Shown: piece by piece, positions 40,601 to 50,401 of the stretch | Position numbering within the stretch: position 1 is the first letter of the stretch | Layout: each line of letters opens with the position of its first letter | NCBI GenBank assembly: GCA_051294375.1 | Contig: CM119265.1 | Coordinates: 16,436,005 to 16,500,004 of the forward strand | Length of the DNA: 64,000 bases | DNA from: Paraspadella gotoi | Lineage: Eukaryota > Animalia > Chaetognatha | Reading direction: 5' to 3' | The notes under the pieces: model-generated | Database searches by the model: none | What the model saw: the letters and a program-made list of their open reading frames with translations, nothing else | What the model was told of the DNA's origin: nothing | Position numbers and translations under genes: made by a program

Positions 40601-40907
40601 CGTCGCCGCGTTTCCGTGGTGAACGGTGTGGTTCTCTGTTTCCTCCTTCAGCTCTTCAATTTCCGAGATCGGAACTGAAGAGATAAAAACAGCGCCTTCA
40701 AATAGTTGATCAAACGAAGGGATCGAAAGCTCAACCGGCGTCGCTCTTACTCTTGGTCTTGTCGCCGAAGATTCCCCCTCGGGATCCGATGATGATGGCG
40801 TCGCCCGATTCGTTAAGCCGGACCGGCTTCGTGCTATCCATGATCGAACCGCTTTTCTTGACGCGCATAGAAAAGGCTTTCGATTTCATGTCGTTAAGTC
40901 CCTCCAT
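34609..40907 (-). CDS. PLCD: Phosphoinositide phospholipase C, delta-like architecture (PH-EF-X-Y-C2, no C-terminal tail)
   Basis: Exons are 40907-40751, 40674-~40588 (boundary uncertain), ~39637-39359, 38471-38235, 38141-37940, 37194-37012, 36932-36793, 36275-36177, 36017-35845, 35743-35604, 35535-35405, 35324-35174, 34938-34865 and 34767-34609. Motifs include EF hand [81 protein letters not shown] and C2 [14 protein letters not shown] follows the C2 domain directly. Confidence 0.92.
37272..37343 (+). other. tRNA-Gly(TCC)-like sequence embedded in the 5' LTR (TE-borne, probably not a functional tRNA)
   Basis: 72 nt with a 7-bp acceptor stem GCGGCCA/TGGTCGC, A-box-like TGGTGCCGGAGG, anticodon loop CTTCCAA and B-box-like GGTTCTAGCC. 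The anticodon stem pairs poorly. Confidence 0.65.
37684..37755 (+). other. tRNA-Gly-like sequence in the 3' LTR (anticodon loop CTCCCAA)
   Basis: Second copy of the 72-nt tRNA-like unit with the same acceptor stem and A/B boxes. Confidence 0.6.
39821..40536. mobile_element. MITE (Tc1/mariner-type, TA TSD), 716 bp, in a PLC intron
   Basis: TA|CAGAAGGCTTCATATTATAAAATGTGGTACCCCTTTTTTGTGACCAGAA at the left end, with its perfect reverse complement ending CCTTCTG|TA at the right. Subterminal regions are also inverted. Confidence 0.9.
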
Positions 40908-41154
40908 GATCGAGCTTTTTTTTTCGATCAGCCTTAATCCTTGACTAGAAGTGAAAACGACAACGAAAATAGTTATCGGTGGAGCACAAATGATAACCAA
41001 ACGGAAAATAGTTTGAAGTTCTTACGATATTAAGTGATTTTGAAAGAGAATTGAAAAAGAAAAAGAAAAAAAAAGAAAAAGACTGAAGTGTAATGGCCCA
41101 CATTCAGGGACAGAGAAATCGTAGAAGACCAGCCCAGATCCCTTTTAGTTAATT

Positions 41155-41157
<3 letters not shown>

Positions 41158-41232
<75 letters not shown>
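41158..41232. repeat. (GA)n microsatellite upstream of PLC
   Basis: Perfect run. Confidence 0.95.
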
Positions 41233-41234
<2 letters not shown>

Positions 41235-42054
41235 GGCTCGTCAACAGTATTTTTTTTTCCAAGAGCCTATCCCAAAAACCCGTTTCGAGATAAGCGGCAC
41301 GATTAAAACAGGTAATAGAAAGTAGATTGTAATGATCTTGAAAGGCTTGAAAACTACAATTACAACTAAATACATTAGTCACTGTTGGTTTTTAAAATGA
41401 TAAAATTTATTTAACCGAACTAAGATTTTTTTCTTAAAACGAATTTAGGAAGTAACGACATTCCTCAGCAGAAAAGTGAAAGTTGGGTGCGGCGATGTTT
41501 GCGATGCCATTTCGTTCATTCCACATTTTTTTTAACTCTTGCTCGGAAAAATTTGGAAACTTCTCTCCGACCAAAGGCAAAGTTTCTCTTTTTCACATTC
41601 GAGATGAAGGAGAGGGAGAGAGGGAAAATCGTTAACTTCTCAAAAAAAATAAATCTGGATTTTCGTAGAGCTACATAAGTAAAGCTTAAATAATCGTATT
41701 TACGTCCGATTAAAAAATCCGGAGTGGGGACTGTTCGTGTATAACTTATTTCTTGATACGACTAGTTAAAGCTATAAAAACAGAAACATCAGTCTAGGAA
41801 GAAAGAACTAGGAAGAACGAGGGGAAAACATGGACAATTTTGGCGCCTCCACGCCAGAGGATTGTGGTCCAGGGCGGCAAGTAACAAAAATTAATGATAA
41901 TAACTCGGGCGACATCGAAATTAAAAGTAAATAAAAATTAAGCAAATTTTTCATTTATAAATTTATTAAAAACCAAGGCATCTTTTATGGTAAACATTTA
42001 CAAATCAAAAGGAGTAAAATTACAAAAGCCAAAGAATTAAAATTAATCAATGCT

Positions 42055-42630
42055 TCACTTGCAACAGCTCCTCTGACAGTTGGTGCCACAGCAGTCTGCT
42101 TTCTTCGGACATTTGCATGCGTCCGCTGAGCAATCGGTCACGCATGATTTGCAGTTAGCTGTTTATAGAATTAAAATGTTTGAAAATTAGTTTTAGCATT
42201 TTTACCTATAAGGTTCAATTACTTACTACTGCAAGGGCAAATTTTCTTTTTGCAAGCGCACGTGCAATCGCAGCCGCCCGTTTGGCAGCAGCATGTTCCA
42301 TCTGAAAGGAAATGTAAAAAGTTAGCTAAATAATTTGTAAAAAGTCACTTTTACGGAGGAGTCTTAAAATCCTGCCTCAAATGATTTTTATGTACTCCTT
42401 TTTTGTCATTCTACCCCTCCCTCATTAACTCTTTGTTTTTTTAATATTCTTCCAATACATTCTTATCACATCTTTTAATTCAGACATGATAAACTTGTGA
42501 ACTATTACCATTGGCCTTAAACTATCCACTTATAAAAATGCCCACAAATGTAAAACAATTTATCACGATGTCTAAGGTGGAAACATAACTTACCTGCGTT
42601 CTGTTTGCAGCAGACACAAGTGCAAGGCAT
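42055..42630 (-). CDS. MT: Metallothionein, 71 aa, 23 Cys (not in the ORF track)
   Basis: Exons 42630-42594, 42301-42227 and 42158-42055, with GTAAGT donors and CAG acceptors (phases 1, 1). Protein: MPCTCVCCKQNADGTCCCQTGGCDCTCACKKKICPCSTNCKSCVTDCSADACKCPKKADCCGTNCQRSCCK*. It has CxC/CC/CCC motifs and no aromatic residues. AATAAA lies downstream at ~41963, and TATA-like TTTAAATA at ~42728-42735. Confidence 0.9.
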
Positions 42631-42861
42631 TTTGTAAATTTGAGCGCGAAGTTATTGGTAATAAATATAAGTTTGTATCGAGAATGAACGAAGTAGCGGA
42701 AAGACGGAGTTTATTTGAGAAACTCCGTATTTAAAACCAGATTCGGGCACAGAATCATAAAAAGAGAAGTTTTTGAGAGTGGAAGCTCTTCATCTTAAAA
42801 AGAGCGACAATTATTTTAATATGATATATGGCATTAAACAGTTTAAATAACCTAATACTCA

Positions 42862-42895
42862 TTTTTTTTGCGGCGGGCTGTCGTGTGTCACCTTG
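42862..42895. mobile_element. Solo TIR end of the 31946-34226 element family
   Basis: ttttttttgcggcgggctgtcgtgtgtcaccttg|ta matches the right TIR at ~34190-34226. Confidence 0.65.
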
Positions 42896-43104
42896 TACGC
42901 TTAAACTTTTTCTGAGGTTGATTAAAGCAAATTTAACAAAAGTTTAAATTAAAGGTTTAATAAAATTTCGTTTAACAGACCAGATGTAGTAAAAATTTTA
43001 ACAGCCCGATCTCGTACAAATTTTTAAATACTATGTATACGAAAAATATAGACAATTTTTACTAAAGCAACTGGTACAACAGTATCAGGTATCTAGGGAA
43101 AATC

Positions 43105-44319
43105 TTATCCTTTCATCCTGACAACGATGACGGCGTTTAAGAGATTAGCATCGGCTAAAGTGACTCCGTCGTCGATAAGTTCCTTGTTGGGGAAGGTGGT
43201 CATCAGGGCGAAGTTTCGATCAGCAAGTTGGGGTCGGTGTGAGAGAACGAAGCCCCTCACATCCCTGACGGCGTGAGTGTGGTTGAACCGCGCTGTCAGC
43301 CGTGATCCATCGTCCAGACGGATTTGAAGGTTCGTCGTGGGCGCGGTCTCGTCCACCGAGACGAAGACTTCACCAGCCGCGACGACTGGTGAGGCCGATG
43401 AGACGGGCGTCGGGGGGGCGACGCCAACGCAAGGCGACCCCAACCGTTGTCCACTGCCGGCGAAGGCCTCGAACCTTTTCTTGGTCGCGACGAACTCTTC
43501 GTGATGATGATCCTCCAGGTTGAGCTCGACTTCGCTGCCTCTGGAGTTGCCCGCCAGCTCGGGAGGGATGTCGCCCCTCTTAACGGCCTCGAGAAACCCG
43601 CGGTTGGCGGGATCGTCAAAAGAGCGGAGTGGGCCGTCGTCCACGGAAAACCCATTCTTCCACATCTTGAGGCACACGACTACGTCTTCGGACGGAGCCG
43701 AGGCGACCGCGGCGGCGAGGGGGACGCCGACCGCTTGATGGTCGTCCGGCGTTTGGCCCAATCGAAAACCTTGACCGTGAAACGCCCTGGAGGGTTTCTT
43801 ACGAGATGGCGCCGCGGGATCTACTTCTTCGGCGCCGGCTTCCTTGGCCGCTTTAAACATCTCCTCAATCATCTTTGTCGGGTCCTTTTTTTTCCCCGGC
43901 GGACCGAGAACCTGTTGACCGCTTCCGCCGTGGACGCCGCCGCCCGCGTAGAACGCCTGCTTGTCATCGTCGGAATCGCTGTCGTCATCCCTGGCGCCGG
44001 CGCCGCCCGTCCCGCCGCTTACGCCGCCGGAGATGTCGCGAATCGTTCCGAATTTTCGAGAGGAGACGGGAACGGGCTTTGGGGGATTCAAACCCGTCGA
44101 CGTCGAAGGTCCCGCCGAAGGTCCCGCCAAAGCAGGAACCGGGGGAGCCTCTGGCTCGAGATCATCCATCTCTGGTTCCGCGTCGCCGCTCTCGTAAAAC
44201 CCAGAGAGGGCCAACGACAATTCCCAATTGGCGGCGTCCAAGAAGAATTTAGCGCGATCATCGTCCTCGATTCCGCTCACCAGTTTGAACTCTTCCAAGA
44301 TGTTCCCTCTGTCGCTCAT
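43105..44319 (-). CDS. NSFL1C: NSFL1 cofactor p47 (UBA-like, SEP, SHP and UBX domains), single-exon CDS
   Basis: ATG at 44319 (MSDRGNILEEF). Motifs: AKFFLDAANWELSLALSGFYE, QAFYAGG..GSGQQVLGPP, AFHGQGFRLG, SEP KMWKNGFSVDDGPLR, AFAGSGQRLGS and UBX TTNLQIRLDDGSRL...LMTTFPNKEL. Confidence 0.95.
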   Translation of the reverse strand: MSDRGNILEEFKLVSGIEDDDRAKFFLDAANWELSLALSGFYESGDAEPEMDDLEPEAPPVPALAGPSAGPSTSTGLNPPKPVPVSSRKFGTIRDISGGVSGGTGGAGARDDDSDSDDDKQAFYAGGGVHGGSGQQVLGPPGKKKDPTKMIEEMFKAAKEAGAEEVDPAAPSRKKPSRAFHGQGFRLGQTPDDHQAVGVPLAAAVASAPSEDVVVCLKMWKNGFSVDDGPLRSFDDPANRGFLEAVKRGDIPPELAGNSRGSEVELNLEDHHHEEFVATKKRFEAFAGSGQRLGSPCVGVAPPTPVSSASPVVAAGEVFVSVDETAPTTNLQIRLDDGSRLTARFNHTHAVRDVRGFVLSHRPQLADRNFALMTTFPNKELIDDGVTLADANLLNAVIVVRMKG

Positions 44320-44904
44320 GATGTTATACGAGCTGCTGCTTGTTAACACGTTTTGAAATTAAGATTCGTTTCGATTCCTGCTCAAGTCATTAATTCCACT
44401 CCCAATTTCTCTCATGCCTTTTAGCCGATAAAATGATACTGGAAACGAAGCAAGTTACGAAGATTAGTCTCCACATATGAACTTGTCATTGAAATAATAG
44501 TTTATATATATTTTTAAAATAGATTAATTCCATGTAATCTACTTTAATGTATAGAAAAGGTTTCTACATTTTTAAATGGTCCAAAATTTGAAAACACATA
44601 AGATTTAAACCGTTTATTAAAAAGAACAATCTTTCCCCGCCTTTTAACAAACCATAATTAACATTGCTTTTTAGTTTTCTAGATCAACTTAACGAATAAC
44701 CTGCTGTCGTTTTATAAAAATTAAAAATATTGGTACGCTGAATCAACATGTCCAAATTATACATAAATCATCCTGCAATAATAAAAATATATGATACAGA
44801 TGAAACAAAAATAATCTTTAAATTTTTATGAAAGTTTCTCAATTCCAAACAATGCATCCAAATATTATTGATGGTGATTTCGTATTAATGTTTCTTGGAT
44901 TCGT

Positions 44905-45621
44905 TTAGCACCGAATCGCAGAACCTATAGCCATAAAAGTCCCGAACGTTCCTCCTCCTTGCAACATCATTTTGCCAACGTTCGTCATTAATTCTTTTCC
45001 CCTCATTCCGTATCGCAAGGCTGAAAAAAAAACAGGAGTCAACTGGTAGTGATTGTTATTTACTACATAAATTATATAGGAAATAAAAGAAAGAAAAACT
45101 GCACAAAAATTATTTAGCAATAATAGGTAATAATTACAAAAACATTTCTTGATTAATACTTAATGCTATGAAAATATATGAACACAATTTTTGGATCTAA
45201 CATTATCTCGCATACTAGCCCATTAAACTTATCAACTTATCAAACTTTTAGTGATGAACGCAAAAACAAAAACCCTTTAAAAAAAATCCGAGTGTCGTGC
45301 GCAAAAGTTGTTCTAAAAACAGGACCTTGACTCAACTCGAGAGTCCTAGATTATGATTAATAAGATTAATCTTAAAACGACCCAAGTCACATGAGGTCGA
45401 CATTACGAAAGTCAGATGTGTAAACGTTTGTGGCAAGTTTCTCGCACGCTATTCTATTTTAATATTTTATAATACAGACAAAGTTTTCATGTCTCACCAG
45501 TGAATCCTCCGAAGAGAAATCCAGATCCAAGGCCGACGCAAAATCCGAGGCCGAAGCCGATCTTCGTCCTGTCCCAACACGAGGGCCCTTGTTGGCCATA
45601 TGACTGACTAGGAAGGGGCAT
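44905..45621 (-). CDS. ROMO1: Reactive oxygen species modulator 1 (Mgr2/ROMO1)
   Basis: Exons 45621-45498 ([41 protein letters not shown]) and 45020-44905 ([38 protein letters not shown]), joined by a phase-1 GT-AG intron. The C-terminal [14 protein letters not shown] is the family hallmark. Confidence 0.95.
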
Positions 45622-45823
45622 GATGATCAAAGTCTGCGCGCCTTCGAGGCCAGCTTGCCGTAATAATAATAATAATAATATAAGCTGAGAATAGATATTT
45701 TGCAGGCACAAAGTACATAAAAAAATTAGTATAAGTTAGGTTAAACTAGAAATAGAAAATTTAAAAAACGAAAGAAACGAGTTCAAAATAAACAAAGTAA
45801 ACAAAATGAGGCATGCAATCGAA

Positions 45824-46540
45824 TCAAGTCCACCGCCTGGCGTCGACTTTCTCCAAATTGACGAGGGGTTTGAGCGTTTCGGCAAATGCCCGCATGTCAT
45901 CGCCGACGGGATCGGCAGTGCCCGCCCCGCCGCCCACCACGCCGCCTGGCGCGACTACCGAGAGCTCCACCAAGTGAGAGGCGGTCAAGGGTTCCAACTG
46001 CTCCAGTTTTCCGGGGGCGAGAATCTTGTAGAGTTTGGAGACGACGACCTTCATCTTGCCCTTTCGAAAGAGAAAGCCCTTGACGACGAATTCGTGGTCC
46101 AATCGAAATCCCATGTAATCGAGGAAGGGAGCGACGCCTTCGGGAGCGCATGACACGTCAACCAACTGTCTCGTCATCGTCGCCTTAGTCTTTTCCGTCT
46201 CGGCGGCACCGATGTAGCGGAGTTGAGTTGGCGCCGTCTTGCGCGCCGGGTCGAGAGAACGCCGAGCACGCAGCTGCGTTACGGGTCCGTGAACGTTGGT
46301 TTTGACGGCGTAGACCTGCTCGAGCTCATGGAAGGTCTGAACCGAGTGGCCCTCGCGGTGGTGAGTCGTCGTCGAGTGCGTCGTCGTAGTAGTCTCGCCG
46401 CGGGGAGGCTCCAGTTGGTCGCAGAGGCCGCGGAGTCTATGAAGAAGGACGTCGACGGGTCGACCGCCATCCACGGTCGAGTCGAGAACGCTCCCTTGGA
46501 GGAAGTACTCCTGGGCGATCGGAGCCGAGTGGGAGCCCAT
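45824..46540 (-). CDS. MED18: Mediator of RNA polymerase II transcription subunit 18, single-exon CDS
   Basis: ATG at 46540. Motifs: QEYFLQGSVLD, LLHRLRGLCD, QLRYIG, FLDYMGFRLDHEFVVKGFLFRKGKMKVVVSK, SHLVELSVVAP and DDMRAFAETLKPLVNLEKVD. Confidence 0.95.
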   Translation of the reverse strand: MGSHSAPIAQEYFLQGSVLDSTVDGGRPVDVLLHRLRGLCDQLEPPRGETTTTTHSTTTHHREGHSVQTFHELEQVYAVKTNVHGPVTQLRARRSLDPARKTAPTQLRYIGAAETEKTKATMTRQLVDVSCAPEGVAPFLDYMGFRLDHEFVVKGFLFRKGKMKVVVSKLYKILAPGKLEQLEPLTASHLVELSVVAPGGVVGGGAGTADPVGDDMRAFAETLKPLVNLEKVDARRWT

Positions 46541-46925
46541 AGTCGGGATGAGGCGAGAGAGATGAGACTGCGGGAAAATATGAGTTTTGTCGGTTTGAAT
46601 TGGAAAACATGAAAAATAGTTAAATACGATCGATTGGGCAAAGAACAAAAAGGGGAACTAATTAAAATGTTCGAAAAATTTTTTTCTACATTATCTAAAA
46701 AAATTTTTAGTTCACTATTTAAATTTAATGCAATTTTTTGATGAGCAATCGCAGATGGTGCCTAATGGTGTGTTCTTTTGTTCGAGTCGCGACTCGAGAC
46801 GAAACCACAAAACGGAGAAAAAGCAAAGATAATATTTTGGCGGCAGAATTCGTCTCAGCGCGGGAGACTTTACTCTGCTCATTACTCAACACTTTTAAAA
46901 TATCATTTTATATTAATGCTGAGCA

Positions 46926-49483
46926 ATGGAATTCCGCAAGAAAGAAGATCGATCCGGCAAAACGACGGGGCGAGGAAGGTCTCGACGACCCAAGAAGCAT
47001 CTTCCCGTCGAAAGCACTGTATATGGGAACGAAGACGACCAGCTGCAGGTTAGCCCCGAAGTTTATGATCGTAAATGAGAAACAGAATATTAAAACGGTG
47101 AAGAAAATCGTTTCTCTTTCCGAGGTCAGGTTCGCCTTCAAATGTATCGGACGCCCCCGACGGAGACGATCGGATTGACGGAATTCGAGGAGTTGGCGCT
47201 GGAGAGACTCAAGATCCTCAAGGCGGTCGAGAGGGCCGGGGTGACTCATATTAAGGGTCCGTCATTGTATAGTCGTTTCAGCTGTCAAGCAATGTAGATC
47301 TGATCGATTATAATCCCGACAGGAACGACAGAATATAAAGCCAAGTTGAAGGAGGAGCTGGGAAACGTCAACAAAATATACACGACGGAAAGGCGAGAGC
47401 ATTACGGTGAGACTGTAAGAAAAGACGTCATCTCACACTTTATCCTGCGACTAGCCTATTCCAAGACCGAAGACCTGCGACGCTGGCTTATTCTCACAGA
47501 GTGCGACTATTTCAGGTCCCCACTTAAGGGATTGGAAATGATATAATAATTATAATGGGCGTAATTTCGGGACTTGCCAGTAACTCGGTTTTTTTCTCAC
47601 AGGTACCGGTTCAACGAGGAACTCAAGGACCCCGAACGTCTCGGCCAATTTTTACTTCTTAATGGTTTGGAGTTCGAAGCGGTGGAGGAAGAAGAAAAGG
47701 GAGGAATCATTGCCAAGTTGACGCATTCGTCGCCGGTTCAAGTACGCATGGAGGATTTTTGTGCCAGAATTGGAATCAAGTTTTTTTCCCCTCCAACATT
47801 TAATTATAGAATATAATATCTATAAATTTTCGTTTTCCTCGGGACAGTTGCAACCGTTGACTCTCAAGTACTACAAGGTTCCATTCACAGACGTCCTTGA
47901 TTTAGTCAGAAAACGATCCGTTTACATTGAGAGAGGTTGCGCCTTCGTCAGTCAGGTGATCATTCTGCGAGAACGAGTAAAGGTCATGCCTAGAAAAGAG
48001 AAACTATCGGATTCCCTTTCGATCAACCATGCCCTCGACAGACGGACCTTGTGTCAATCATCATCGGTGGATTCCGCGCCAACCTTTCCCTCGCATTGAC
48101 GAAGACTTCGCGGTTCGGGCATCTCGTCGTTGAAGATCCCCGCCTCCGTTCGATACTTCAGGTATTCGAAAAAACCACTAAAGAAGTTAGTATTTTTTAC
48201 TTATTTCATGCAAATCTGAATAGAATCTACCGAAGCGTCATCTTGGCAAACGCTACGACGAGAAATCTGGGGCGTTGGACAATCTAACGGCGTCAATGAT
48301 TCCCAGCCTCACTCAGTCCTTTCCGCCTTGCATGCAAAAATTGTACAGCTCGCTGCGGGAACACCACCATCTTAAGCACCAAGGGCGTCAGCAATATTGG
48401 AATTTCTTGAAGGGCATCGGGATGCCGATGGAAGAGACGATCAATCACACGCGAGAGGAATTTGTCAAGGTGTATATATATTTTTCGATTTTAAAGAAGC
48501 GGTTTTTAACGTTAATTTTTTGAGCCATCGAGCTTCGCTCGTTGCATGCTTCATTTTACTACTGAATTTAAAAATTGTTGACGTTATAATCTAATCCAGT
48601 TTAATTGAAATGATTTCTTAAATAAGCTATCTTGTATTATGACTGACGAGCTTATAAGTAATCACTTTGTAAAATATTCAAAACTCAAATATTTTCTAGA
48701 TGATGGATCCGGATAAGTTTGATAAAGAGCATCGTTACAACATTCGTCATTCTTACGGACAAGAAGGAAAGAAAACCAATTATTCTCCGTTTTCGTGCAT
48801 GAAAATCATCACCTCAAATCCACCCGGTAAGGTGTGACGTCTCGACGAAAAATGATCCACATTTATCGTTATAACGTCCACCAATTCTTAGGACCCGGTG
48901 ATTATCATGGCTGCCCCTTCAGACATACAGACTCTTCTCTTCTCCAGCAACGACTAGTGAGCGGTCCTTTTAGAATCACTGATTCCGCCGCCAAAGTTGT
49001 CGTCGACTTCGCGAAAGAAAATCACTTCCAGGAACTCTTACAGAAAGAATTTACTTGTCTTAAATACCACAATACTAAAGCTATTTAATGTATATTTCTC
49101 TATAGGTGGCTTGCTCTTGCTACTACGAGGCAGTCCACAATATCGAGCTAAAGACTAGTGGTTTGGCCATAAATCACCCAAATCAGGTATAATAGTATAA
49201 ATACTTTTTTGAATGAAATACAAATGACAGACAACTCGTTTTAAATTTTTTTTAGTATTTCAAAGAAAGTCAAATGCTGCTTCATCCCGAGAAATTCGAT
49301 AAAAAATTCCCACCGTTCGAGTCACAGACCCAAACTCAAGTTAAGTTGGAACCGACGTCGGTCCAGACGAAGGTGGAACCGACGTCAGGCCAGACGAAGG
49401 TGGAACCGACGTCGGTCCAGACGAAGTTGGAAGCCGACATCGAAAAGATGAAAGAAGAATTCATAGAAATGGACGATTTTTAA
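46926..49483 (+). CDS. PRIM2: DNA primase large subunit (p58)
   Basis: Eleven exons: 46926-47048, 47130-47256, 47323-47515, 47603-47741, 47848-47955, 48042-48161, 48224-48469, 48700-48826, 48892-49031, 49106-49186 and 49256-49483. Motifs: [54 protein letters not shown], and Fe-S ligands [19 protein letters not shown] and VAC, plus NHPNQYF. Confidence 0.95.
49340..49437 (+). repeat. 27-nt coding tandem repeat in the last PRIM2 exon (K[LV]EPTS[VG]QT x3)
   Basis: aag(g/t)tggaaccgacgtc(g/a)g(t/g)ccagacg repeated three times, plus a partial fourth copy. Confidence 0.9.
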
Positions 49484-50401
49484 TTCCCGCCACTAATTTC
49501 CCGCTGTAACTGTTTTTATTCTTTATAAAAGTTTCGAAAACTCATATTGCCAATTTATTAATCCAAGATATTTAAACGAACAGAAGATTCTGTAAGAAAA
49601 AAAAAAAGCGTAAGTTTTCAAGTACAAAGCTCTAGTGTTCATGACAAACCGGGCAACTAATAAAATCTACGATGTAAAACAAAACCGATTTTGCTACATC
49701 TAGCAAATAAGTATTAGGTAGAAAAAATATTTCAAAGAATTCTCACCAATCCTCGAGACCACGTCCCTTTTCTAAGAAATGCTATTTACAAGCCTCAAAT
49801 CTACTGCGTTCAATATGAAACAGTAGTAGAAGAAATAAGCATCGTAGGCAACGACGGGCATCCGCTCAATTTTAAATAATATACGAAAACTAGTAAAATA
49901 AGTGGAGCGCCCATAGTAACTAACGGCGGAATGATAATAGAAATTAATGAATAGCCCCGTCGAGGTTGAACATGATTCACAACTGTTCTAAATTAAAGTA
50001 ACACGGCCATTATTTCATATCTAAACCCATAATGAATTTAGCACTCAAAATAGTAAATATTGGCTTGGAAAAACTTTACGGGGAAAATGGGCAATGAACT
50101 GAACACTGTGCGTAAACTAAAACGCGAAACATTAAGTCTATTTATAAAAGGTGGGAGGATGAGAGATCCAGGATCTTGAAAGTCAGAATTTTGAGTTAAC
50201 TACGTGTAAAAAGTGTTTGTGGCAATAACATCTTAAGAAATATAAAGTAGACTAGCAACGACCCTTCGGAGGGTGGGATTATCTTCGGCAGCACCGCTCC
50301 CGACTAGCTTGGATGTGATGGAGACGGTTTAAACGGCAACAACGGCTCTCGTTGTCGGTGACGCGATTGGGCGAAAGTAAGGCCGCCGCCGCCTCTTCAA
50401 C

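Noticed and set aside
42631-43104. Metal-response elements upstream of the metallothionein
   Set aside because: Only near-matches were seen (for example TGTGCCC), with no exact TGCRCNC.
43447-44346. 299-aa plus-strand ORF
   Set aside because: Antisense shadow of the GC-rich NSFL1C CDS, with no recognisable motifs.
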